Below, piece by piece: positions 1 through 11,319 of a DNA stretch of 64,000 nt; the first letter of the stretch is position 1, and every line of letters starts with the position of its first letter. The DNA is from Amphiscolops sp. MND2022 (Eukaryota). The DNA lies in NCBI GenBank assembly GCA_964187785.1, contig OZ076409.1, forward strand, positions 72,666,001 to 72,730,000. The letters run 5' to 3'. The position numbers and the translations under genes are program-made. The notes beneath the pieces are model-generated. The model searched no databases, was not told where the DNA came from, and was given only the letters and a program-made list of their open reading frames with translations.

Positions 1-150
1 TTGTGCCTAAAAACTCTTTAAACACTTCTAACGCAACCTTACGCACCCAAAATGATCGAAAATGCTTTTCACAATGGTGACATGTGCTCTTTCTACGATC
101 CTGGCTGGACAAGGTTTGCATATTTTTCAAGTACCTGTCAGCTAAATCTT

Positions 151-198
151 GTGATAGCCTTTTCAGTTGGCCTTGTGTCAACTTGGGAAGGCTATCAC
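151..198. other. H1 bulged hairpin (representative; in A, B, B-long and G cassettes)
   Basis: GTGATAGCCTT-TTCAGTTGGC-CTTGT-GTCAACTTGGG-AAGGCTATCAC imperfect inverted repeat. Confidence 0.85.
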
Positions 199-491
199 AT
201 CAAAAAACCATCAACAAAAATAATTTTTGTTTATTGGATCTTACAGTCGATACTTTTTTTCGTGATTCTATACTACCGTTAGTATATTTCATCAGGTCAC
301 CTTACGATTGCATTCAGTCTTTGATAAAAACCTATGAACTCAAAGTCACATTTATATATTTTTTTGCCAGAAAATAACATCAAAAATATCTAGAATATAT
401 AAAATAGAGTCTTTAACATTTTTACGTTTCAAGTTTTTGCCGTTATTAGGCCAATCAACGTCCTAGAGCCACATCCTGCCACATACTGTAC

Positions 492-558
492 AACGCCACA
501 TAGTGTTGCGACGTGCACAGTCTGTGGGCATGCCGAGGCATGCCCTTCGACGACGTAT
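492..558 (+). other. Conserved ~70-nt subterminal core (representative of 22 copies, U0-U21)
   Basis: AACGCCACA-N-ACGCCCAC-GTCYGT-RGGCATGCCGAGGCATGCCY-TTCGACGACG, conserved across otherwise unrelated families A, B and C. Confidence 0.9.
526..545. promoter_or_regulatory. Putative p53-family response element / palindrome (representative of 22 copies)
   Basis: GGGCATGCCG AGGCATGCCC matches two adjacent RRRCWWGYYY half-sites at 19/20 positions; binding is not demonstrated. Confidence 0.4.
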
Positions 559-597
559 GCCGAATACCGCGGGCCTACGCCCGCGCTCCCCGGCTAG

Positions 598-656
598 GTG
601 GGCGGGGGTAATTCCCCAACAAAAAAATCGGCCGGCGGGTCGGGTCCTGCCGGCCG
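598..656 (+). other. 5'-terminal double hairpin (representative)
   Basis: GGGG-TAATT-CCCC, then CGGCCGGCGGG-TCGGGT-CCTGCCGGCCG (629-656); structural equivalents follow every junction. Confidence 0.85.
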
Positions 657-2587
657 TCCAAAATCAAAATCCTCCTAGTAGAAAACGGCATGTCAAACGA
701 GCTATTTTTTTATTTAACCATACGAATTTCACCATTTTTTGCATGCCGCCCTGAAATGGCCATACGAGACGAAGTTCCTGCTGACGTTTTGCGATGTAAA
801 TGTTTTATAAAAAGTTATGGCCGATTTGTCATTCACCTAGAAGGGTAAAATGAGGAAAATTTCAACAAAGTCGCTGATAACTCAAATTGTGTTAATTTTT
901 GGACTTTGACTGTGAAACAAGCTTGGAACCTTCATTTCGTGGCTGGGGCATTGGACTGAACACAAAAGATGTAAAGTTTTTACGTTTTTTGAAAATTCGA
1001 CATTTTTGAAATTTTTTTCACTACTATCAGTACCCCATATGTCAAAAACACCTAAGAAAAAAATTTTGATTTGCTTTAAATTGGAAACCTTGGTATCCAT
1101 GGTTTCTGTCGGAACCTACTCGCAGCCAAACACCCAACAGTTTGCATCCAATGTGAAAATAAAATTTTTTTCGGGGTCATAAGCGTTTCACAAGGATTTC
1201 TCAACTTAGTATTAATTTACAAAATGGTCATTTTGAACATAATATTTTCATCGAGGCTTGTCGGCTATAGCCTTAATGTTCTAGAACGGTCCCACTGGCA
1301 ACGTAGCAACCATTTATAGTAATATAAAAGGTTAAAAAAATTTTTTCACCCGGTCTTCAGTCATTTTTCAGACATTCGGAGCATAACTTAGAAAATTTTC
1401 GACCCAAATACCCATTTTTTGTCAGGTCGAAAATTAAAATTCAGCTATTGAAGCAAAATTATTTACTCTGACGTAACCAGTGGGGCCCATGATACTCAAA
1501 AACACCATTGGCACTGGTACCAATGGCTCCAATAACATATGAGTCGCGATAAGACGTTATTTTGAGCAATACGTCTCAATTGAGGTAAAGATCTCGCAAG
1601 CCAGCGATCACTGTGAAATGTGATTTCATCAAAAATTTACTCATTTTTGTCAATAACTATGTGCACAGAGTGCGTAGGGTGAGTTCCAGCACTATAATGA
1701 GGTTTTTGAAGGCATCGGGTTGCTCAAGGGGTGGTATGAGACATTTTTTTTCCTATATACTACTGTGTTTTCCAAAACTTGTAGCCCATTATCAGGAAAA
1801 AATAATTTGACAAAATACTTTCAACTACTTTATTCAAAGGTTACAAAATAGATGAACACTGTGGTTGATCAGAAACTTTCATCTCTTTCGTTTTCCGAAA
1901 TAATTCCCTTCGAATGTGTTACATTTGTAGCAGGAAAAAAAACTGAAACTAAAAAATACGCGATTTTGCTGAGATAGAATCACAATGGTTGCGCCTAAAA
2001 TCTCTTTAAATACTTCTAACGCGACCTTACGGACCCAAAATGATTGAAAATGCTATTCACAATGGTGACATGTGCTCTTTCAACAATCCTGGCTGGACAA
2101 GGTTTGCATATTTTTCAAGTACCTGTCAGCTGAATCTTGTGATAGCCTTTTCAGTTGGCCTTGTGTCAACTTGGGAAGGCTATCACATCAAAAAACTTTC
2201 AACAAAAATACTTTTTGTTTATTGGATATTGCTGTCGATACCTTTTTTTGTGATTCTATACTACCGTTAGTATATTCCATCAGGTCACCAGACGATTGTA
2301 TTCAGTATTTGATAAAAACTTATGAACTCAAAGTCTTTTTCATATGTTTTTTGTTCAAAAAAATTATCAAAAAAATTTATATTATAAACAATTGAGTCTT
2401 TAATTTTTTTATTTCCCAATTTTCCAGTGTTATTAGGCTCATCAACTTCCTACTGCAACATCCAGACATTAGTACAACGCCACAAAGTGTTGCGACGTCC
2501 ACCGTCTGTGGGCATGCCGAGGCATGCCCTTCGACGACGTATGCCAAAAATAGCGCCCTCCGCGGTCACTACCGCGGTAGCAGCTAG
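598..2587 (+). mobile_element. U1: family A cassette, 1990 bp
   Basis: Starts GTGGGCGGGGGTAATTCCCC; AT-rich body; H1 hairpin, core, CTAG end. Confidence 0.8.
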
Positions 2588-4789
2588 GTGGGCGGGGGTA
2601 ATTCCCCAACAAAAAAATCGGCCGGCGGGTCGGGTCCTGCCGGCCGTCCAAAATCAAAATCCTCCTAGTAGAAAACGGCCGGTCAAACGAGCTATTTTTT
2701 TATTTAACCGTTAGAATTTGGGTTTAGATTGCATGCGGCCATGAAATGGCCATACGAATGGAAGTTCCTGCTGACGTTTTGCGATTGAAACACTTTATAA
2801 AAAGTTATGGCCAATTTGTCATTCACCTAGAAGGGCAAAATGAGGAAAATTTTAACAAAGTCACTGATAACTCAAAATGTAATAATTTTTGGACTTTGAC
2901 AGTGAAACAAGCTTGGAACTGTCATTTCGTGGCTGTGGCATTGCACTGAACACAAAAGATGTAAAGTTTTCACATTTTTTGAAAATTCGACATTTTTGAA
3001 TTTTTTTTCACTACTATCAGTACACTATATGTCAAAAACGCCTCTGAAAAAAATTTTTATTTGCTTAAAATTAGAAACCTTGGTATCCATGGTTTCCGTC
3101 AGTACCTACTCGCTGCCAAACGCTCAACAGTTTGCATCCAATGTGAAAATATAATTTTTTTCGAGGTCATAGGTGTTTCACAAGGATTTCTCAACTTAGT
3201 ATCTATTTACAAATTGGTCATTTTGAACACATTATTTTCATCGAAGCGTGTCAGATACCACCCTAATGCTCACGAATGGGCCTACTGGCAACGTTGGAAC
3301 CATTTTTAGTAATAGAAAGTATTAAAAAAATATTTTCACCCGGTCTTCAGTCATTTTTCAGACATTCGGTACTTAACTTAGAAAAATTTCGCATCAAAAA
3401 CCCATATTTGGTAGGGTCGAAATTTGAAATTCAGTTTTTTATGCAAAATTATTAACTCTGACGTAACCAGTGGAGCCCATGATACTCAAAAACACGATTG
3501 GGACTGGTAGCAGTGGCTCCAATAACATATGAGCCGCGATAAGACGTTATTCAGAGCAAACGCTCTAAATCGAAGTAAACATCTCTGAAGCCTGGGATCA
3601 CAGTGAAATGTGATATCACCAAAAGTTTACTCTTTTTTGTCAATCACTATGTACACAGAGTGCGTAGGGTGAGTTTCAGGACTATAATGAGGTTTTTGAA
3701 GTAATCGCGCTGCTCAAGGGGTGGTATGAGACTATTTTTTCCCATATACTACTACATTTCCATAAATTTGCAGTCCATTGTCTTGGAAAGATAACTTCAC
3801 AAAAACAATTTTTCTACTCTATTCAGTTATTAGAATAAAGTTGAACACTGTGGGTGATCAGAAATGCTCAATTCTTTTGGTTTTTAAAAAAAATCCTTCG
3901 CATTCGTTACATTTGTGGAAGGAAGGTTATCAGTAGCTCCAAAAAAACGAAATTTAGCACGAACAGACATGCAACGATGCAAAGCAAAAACGTTTTTACA
4001 ACTTCCGACGTTATTATTTTACACAAGAAGTTCGAAAATATCATTCGCAATGCTGTCATTCGCTATATATACGATCGCGGTCAATTTACAAACATTTAGA
4101 TTTCATTGTTCTGCTTGAAAACCAATTTTTGTCAGGTCGAAATTTTAAATTTTGCCTGGGGAGCAATACCCTTCACGCTGAAGTAAACAGTGGGGCCCAA
4201 GTTACTCAAAAACAAGAAAGAGACTGCTACAATATGTCCTAATAACATATGGACCACGATAGTACGTTTTTCACACAAAAAACTCTCATCCGAAGTAAAT
4301 ATGTTGAAAGCTTTTAATCACCGTGAGAAGTGATTTCATCAAAAAATAACTCTTTTTTGTCAATCACTATTTACACAGAATTTGTAAAGTTAGTTTGAGT
4401 CAAGAAATGAGGCTTTACCGTAATATGGGTTGCTCAAGGTGTTATATAAGACAAAAACTTCCTCTTTTCTACTAGCTTCTTCAAATATTTCAACCCTTTG
4501 TCACAATAAGTTAATATTCAAAATCTCTTTGAAATGTATCTTTATGTTGGGGTGAAGTCTAAGAACAATAACTATGATCGAAGAATGCTAGTACTGGTGT
4601 TTGAACCATGTCCGGATGAACAAATCACAAAATCATCAAAAAATTGTTCCCTTTTTTGGTTATTTTGGCAGTACTAAAAATGTTAGCCGAGAAATAATTT
4701 TTTCGATGGCACCATTGGATTCCTCTCAAAAAGTTGGTTATATGACCTGTGTAATAACCCCGTATCTTTTCAATTTAAATATATTTAAA

Positions 4790-6140
4790 AAGCCAACTAT
4801 TTTGACCAAAATCCTAAAAATCATACCATTTCCTAAAAATTTTCAAATGCACCCCATTTGACGTATAAGATAAGCACAGAAAACTATCATATACCGATCA
4901 ACTCTACTCCTATTGTAGATTATTAGAATTTTGTTTAGAATGAATTTTGATGAATAATAAAAAAATTTTGAACCCTCCAAAAATGGGCCAAAATTACACG
5001 AAAAAATTGACCTTAAAATACCAAAATGTCAAAAAATCATCAAAACCCAGGCTTCTTGGGGTTCTATCAACTCCGCGTGGTCCACAGAGTATGCTAAAAC
5101 AGGTTTTACCCGTTTTTGAGCAATATGTGAAAAAGCCGACATTTTTGGGAAAGAAAAACATACCATTTCATGAAAAAATTCAAATGCACGTCATTTGCCG
5201 TATTAGAATAGCACAGAAAACTATCACATACCAATCAACTCTACTTTCTTTGCAGATGAACAGAATTTTGTTTAGAATAAATTTTACCGGATAATAAAAA
5301 AATTTGAATCCTTCAAAAATGGGCCAAAAATACACGAAAAAATGGACCTTAAAAATTTAAAATGTCAAAAAATCATCAAAACAACAGCTTCTTGGGGTTC
5401 TATCAACTCCACGAGGTCCACAGAGTATGCTAAAACAGGTTTTACCCGTTTTTGAGCAATATGTGAAAAAGCCGACATTTTTGGGAAAGAAAAACATACC
5501 ATTTCCTAAAAAAATTCTAATGCACGCCATTTGCCGTATGAAAATAGCACAGAAAACTATCACATACCAATCAACTCTACTTTCATTGCAGATGAACAGA
5601 ATTTTGTTTAGAATAAACTTTACCGGATAATAAAAAAAATTGATTCCTTCTAATATGGGCCAAAATTACACGAAAAAATGGACCTTAAAATTTTAAAATG
5701 TCAAAAAATCATCAAAACCACGGCTTCTTGGGGTTCTATCAACTCCACGTGGTCCACAGAGTATGCTTAACCCGGTTTTACCCATCTTTGAGCAAAATGT
5801 GAAAATACCGACATTTTTGGAAAAGAAAAACATGCCATTTTCTAATAAATTTCAAATGCACGCCATTTGCTGTATGAGAATAACACAGAAAGCTGTCACA
5901 TACCGATCAACTCTACTTCCATTGTAGATTATCAGAAGTTTGTTTAGAATAAATTTTGAAGGATAATAAAAAAATTTGAATCCATCAAAAATGGGCCAAA
6001 ATTACACGAAAAAATTGACCTTAAAATATCAAAATGTCAAAAAATCATCAAAACCACAATTTCTTGGCGTTCTATCAACTCCATATGATACCAAACCAGG
6101 TACTGCCAATCGTTTGAGTTATAATAAAAAAACGTCTTTT
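4790..6140 (+). repeat. About 4 copies of a 336-bp internal tandem repeat
   Basis: ATGGGCCAAAA anchor at 4983, 5319, 5655, 5991 (period 336); outer limits approximate. Confidence 0.9.
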
Positions 6141-6372
6141 TTGGCAAGAATTCCATACCATAAATAATAATCATGTTCCATATAAGAAGCGAATCATTTC
6201 AGATATATACCCTGTTCATTTTTTTAATATTACCGATTATTAATTTAATAGATGTTTTGAATGTGAGCTTCCTAAAAGGTTCAGGTGTGATGATACGTAA
6301 ATAGAACCTTAGTTTCATCGAAATCTCAATTGAATATGTCCAATCTTAACCATCAGATAACAAGAAACACTT

Positions 6373-6415
6373 AAGTACATTCCATCTCCCCATCGGGGGA
6401 GATGAGAATGTACTT
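6373..6415. other. H2 bulged hairpin (representative; in A-long and C cassettes)
   Basis: AAGTACATTC-CATCTCCCC-ATCG-GGGGAGATG-A-GAATGTACTT. Confidence 0.85.
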
Positions 6416-7347
6416 TCGAGAAGCCAAATACGTCCAACATTCAAACTTTTGTAACTTTGTATGTAACTCCTGAAACGAAGAAGGAATAAAATTGTTTCTG
6501 GTACATACATGAGTCTTTACTTCAGCTTCTATTTCTGCTGAACAAAACCATTCGACTCTTTTGCCGGAGTTAAGATCGATTGTATTACCCAGTGAACAAA
6601 GGCATGACTGAAAACGTTTACTACTTTGTTCATAATTTTCTGGCCTTCCGAAATGATGAAACGTCCACATAACTAAGATAGCAAGTGAATGACTGCGAAA
6701 TGCACCTTATTAGATGAGGTAAATAACGTGTAAAACTCTCCTTTATCCTAACATGAGGTTGAGTAATGATCATTTGAGAATAGTTTGATATGTGAATACA
6801 ATAGTATAAAACAAGTACATTTTATATGAATAACGCCGTGGAAAGCGTTCAGAAAGGACAGTAGGCTTGTTTGGAACATGTATGTGTGGTGTCCCTTGGT
6901 GGCGTTCGCTTAGTGTATATGTCGAGGGGTATTCGAGTTGTTATGATAGAATTTACACACAAGTCTTTTGTTTTTTGGTTTTTTTAAAATGTCGTTAAGT
7001 ACCTGCATTCTATCCCCTTCTCAGAGATGACGTGAAGTTACGTTTGCTAAATAAATGTCATCGAAAGATCACACTCCCGACGAAATTAACTATCTTAACA
7101 CGTGTTTAGAATTTTAAATAAACAACCGTATAAGATTTTTATATTTCATTGAGTTTGATGAGGTCTTTTGTTCTTCTCACTACTATTTCAACCAATACAC
7201 ATATCCGTTACCATATCACATGTCTCCATTAGTACAACGCCACATAGCGTTCCGACGCCCACAGTCTGTGGGCATGCCGAGGCATGCCCTTCGACGACGT
7301 ATGGCAAATGGAGCCATGCCCGCCGTCTTTACGGCGGTAGCGGCTAG

Positions 7348-9333
7348 GTGGGCGGGGGTAATTCCCCAACAAAAATTACGGCCGGCGGGTTGGGTCCTGC
7401 CGGACGTTCAAATAGCGCGAAGCATCTAGTAGAAAACAAGGAGTCCTGAAACAGCGATTTTAAAATTGAACCGTTAGAATTTGGTTTTAGATTGCATGCG
7501 GCCCTAAAATCCCCATACGAATGGAAGTTCCTGCTGGCGTTAAGCGATTGAAATAATATATAAAAAGTTATGGCCCATTTTTGGGTCACCGAGAAGGTCA
7601 AAACGAAGAAAATTTTAACTAAGTTGCTGATAACTCAAAATGTGTTAATTTTTGGACTTTGACTGTGAAACAAGCTTGGAACCTTCATTTCGTGGCTGTG
7701 GCATTGCACTGAACACAAAAGATGTAAAGTTTTCACATTTTTTGAAAATTCGACATTTTTGATTTTTTTTTCACTACTATCAGTACACTATATGTCAAAA
7801 ACACCTCTGAAAAATTTTTTTATTTGCCTAAATTTAGAAACCTCGGTATCCATGGTTTCCGTCAGTGCCTACTCGCTGCCAAACACTCAACAGTTTGCAT
7901 CCAATGTGAAAATAAAAATTTTTTCGAGGTCTTAGGTGTTTCACAAGGATTACTCAACTTAGTATCAATTTACAAATTGGTCATTTTGAACACATTATTT
8001 TCATCGAAGCGTGTCATATACCGCCCTAATGCTCACGAACGGGCCTACTGGCAACGTTGGAACCATTTATAGTAATAAAAAGTTTTAAAAATTTTTTTCA
8101 CCCCGTCTTCAGTCATTTTACACACTTTCGGTACTTAACTTAGAAAAATTTCAACCAAAAACCCATTTTTTGTCAAGTCGAAAATTCAAATTCAGCTTTT
8201 TAAGCAAAATAAATAAATCTGACATAACCAGTGGAGCCCATGAAACTCAAAACCACGATTGAGACTGGTATCAATGGCTCCAATAACATATGAGTCGCGA
8301 TAAGACGTTATTTTGAGCAAAACATCTCAATTGAGGTAAACATCTCGCAAGCCAGGGATCACTGTGAAATGTGATTTCATCAAAATTTTACTCATTTTTG
8401 TAAATCACTATGTGCACAGAATGCGTAGGGTGCGTTTCAGCACTATAATGAGGTTTTTGAAGGCATCGAGTTGCTCAAAGGATGGTATGAGACATTTTTG
8501 TCCCATATACTACTGTATTTTCCAAAATTTTTAGCCCAATATCTGGAAATACAAACTTGACAAAATACTGTCAACTACTTTATTCAAAGGTTACAATATA
8601 GATGAACACTGTGGTTGATCAGAAACTTTCATCTCTTTCGTTTTCCGAAATATTTCCCTTCGCATGTGTTACATTTGTAGCAGAAAAAAAAATCGAAACT
8701 GAAAAATACGCTATTTTGCTAAAATGGAATCGCAATGATTGTGCCTAAAAACTTTTTAAATACTTCTAACGCAACTGTACAGACCCAAAATGATTGAAAA
8801 TGCCATTCACAATGCTGACATGTGCTCTTTCTACGATCCTAACTGGACAAGTTTTGCATATTTTTCAAGTACCTGTTAACTGAATCTCGTGATAGCCTTT
8901 TAAGTTGGCCTTGTGTCAACTTGGGAAGGCTATCACATCAAAAAATTTTCAACAAAAATACCTTTTGTTTATTGGAAATGACAGTCGATATATAATTTCG
9001 TGATTCTATACTACCGTTAGTACCTTCCATTAAGTCACCTGACGATTGCATTCAGTCTTTGATAAATACCTATGAACTCGAAGTCATATTTATAATTTTT
9101 GTGCTAAAAATAAACATCAAAATTATCCAATTTATTTAAAATTGAGTCTTTAGCGTTTTTGTTTTACTTTTTCTACTGTTATTAGGCCCATCAACTTCCT
9201 ACAGCCACGCTCTCTGTCATACCGTACAACGCCACATAGTGTTGCGACGTGCACAGTCTGTGGGCATGCCGAGGCATGCCCTTCGACGACGTATGCCGAA
9301 TACCGCGGGCCTACGCCCGCGCTCCCCGGCTAG
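7348..9333 (+). mobile_element. U3: family A cassette, 1986 bp
   Basis: Collinear with U1, same terminal structures. Confidence 0.8.
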
Positions 9334-11319
9334 GTGGGCGGGGGTAATTCCCCAACAAAAAAATCGGCCGGCGGGTTGGGTCCTGCCGGACGTCAAATAG
9401 TGTGAAACATCCAGTAGGAAACGGCGACATAAATCAGCGATTTTAAAATTTAACCGTTAGAATTCGGACTTGGAGTGCATGCGGCCCCAAAATGCCCATA
9501 CGAATCGAAGTTCCTGCTGACGTTAAGCGATAAAAACATTTTATAAAAAGTTATGGCCCATTTTACGTTCACCTATAAGGGTAAAATGAGGAAAATTTTT
9601 ACAAAGTCGCTGATAACTCAAAATACATTAATTTTTGGACTTTGACTGTGAAACAAGCTTAGAACCTTCATTTCGTGGCTGTGGCATTGCACTGAACACA
9701 AAAGATGTAAAGTATTTACATTTTTTGGAAATTCGACGTTTTTGATTTTTTTTCACTACTATCAGTACACTATATGTCAAAAACACCTCTGAAAAAAATT
9801 ATTATTTGCTTAAAATTGGAAACCTTGGTATCCATGGTTTCTGTCGGAACCTACTCGCTGCCAAACACCCAACAGTTTGCATCCAATGTGAAATTAAAAT
9901 TTTTTTCGAGGTCTTAGGTGTTTCACAAGGATTTCTCAACTTAGTTTCAATTTACAAATTGGTCATATTGAACACAATATTTTCATCGAAGCTTGTCAGA
10001 TACCGCCCTAATGCTCACTAATGGGCCTACTCGCAACGTTGGAACCGTTTATAGTAATAGAAAGTTTAAAAAAAATATTTTCACCCGGTCTTCAGTCATT
10101 TTTCAGTCATTCGGAACTTAACTTAGAAAAATTTCGACCAAAATACCCATTTTTTGTCAGGTCGAAAAATCAAATTCAGATTTTTAAGCAAAATTATTTA
10201 CTCTGACGTAACTAGTGGGCCCCATGATACTCAAAAACACGATTGGGACCGGTACCAAGGGCTCCAATTTCATATGAGCCGCGATAAGACGTTATTTTGA
10301 GCAACACGTCTCAATAGAGGTAAACATCTCGCAAGCCTGGGGTCACAGTGAAAAGTAATTTCATCAAGAATTTACTCATTTTTGTCAATCACTATGTGCA
10401 CAGAGTGCGTAGGGTGCGTTTCAGCACTTTAATGAGGTTTTTGAAGGCATCGGTCTGCTCAAGGGGTGGTATGAGACATTTTTTTCCTGTATACTACTGT
10501 ATTTTCCAAAACTTTTAGCCAATTATCTGGAAAAACTAACTTGACAAAATACTTTCAATTACTTTATTCAAAGGTTACAATATAGATGAACTCTGTGGTT
10601 GATCAGAAACTCTCAACTATATTGTTTTCCGGAAAAAATCACTTCGCATCTGTTACATTTGTAGCATGAAAAAAAGCAGAATCTAAAAAATACGCAATTT
10701 TGTTAAAATAGAATCGCGTTGATTGTGCCTAAAAAGTTAATAAACACGTCTGACGCCACCATACAGACCCAAAATGATTGAACATGTCAATCAGAATGCT
10801 GACATGTGTTCTATCTACGATCATGGTTGGACAATTTTTGCATTATTTTCAAGTACCTGTTAACTGAATCTTGTGATAGCCTTTTAAGTTGGCCTTGTGT
10901 CAACTTTGGAAGGCTATCACATCAAAAAATTATCAACAAAAATGCTTTTTGTTTATAGAATGTTGTTTTCGATAAACATTTTTGCGATTCTAAGCTACCG
11001 TTAGTACCTTCCATGAGGTCAGCTAACGATAGCATGCAGTCTCTGATAAAAAAATATGAACTCAATTACATTTTTCTAAAATTTTTCTCAGAGAAAAGTA
11101 CAAATAAATAAAAACAATATAAAATTCTAATCTCAAACAACTATAAATTGTTTGTTTTTCACCGTAATCAGTTTACGACCCATCACCCTATGTCACGGCA
11201 CCGTCATTAGTACAACGCCACATAGTGTTGCGACGTGCACAGTCTGTGGGCATGCCGAGGCATGCCCTTCGACGACGTATGCCGAATACCGCGGGCCTAC
11301 GCCCGCGCTCCCCGGCTAG
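9334..11319 (+). mobile_element. U4: family A cassette, 1986 bp
   Basis: Collinear with U1, more diverged in its 3' third. Confidence 0.8.

Larger units (their letters stand above)
1..597 (+). mobile_element. U0: family A cassette, 3' part only
   Basis: H1 hairpin 151-198, core 492-558, terminal hairpin 568-585, CTAG end; nearly identical to the 3' part of U15. Confidence 0.8.
2588..7347 (+). mobile_element. U2: family A-long cassette, 4760 bp
   Basis: A-type 5' region, duplicated internal module, 336-bp tandem repeats, H2 hairpin 6373-6415, core, CTAG end. Confidence 0.8.

Noticed and set aside
151..198. Bacterial integron attC sites
   Set aside because: The hairpins are bulged but lack the RYYYAAC/GTTRRRY ends, are not at the cassette boundaries, and the cassettes have no ORFs or integrase.
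590..605. CRESS-virus origin or kinetoplast minicircle conserved block
   Set aside because: No NANTATTAC nonanucleotide loop or GGGGTTGGTGTA at the junctions, and no Rep or capsid ORF.
492..656. Hammerhead or HDV ribozyme, tRNA or SINE head
   Set aside because: I saw no conserved CUGANGA/GAAA core, cloverleaf or Pol III A/B boxes on either strand. An Rfam/Infernal search was not possible.
503..754. Recurring MPRHALRRR ORFs and their antisense counterparts
   Set aside because: They are translations of the GC-rich core and junction, cross cassette boundaries, and change frame and length between copies.
4947..6167. Lysine-rich ORFs in the 336-bp repeats
   Set aside because: Stops and frames differ among repeats and among U2, U5 and U11; products reflect A-tract composition.
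6371..6670. 99-aa minus-strand ORF, repeated at 15114-15413
   Set aside because: Identical only because U2 and U5 are recent copies. The diverged homologue in U11 (29179-29415) stops early and has many radical changes. No recognisable domain.
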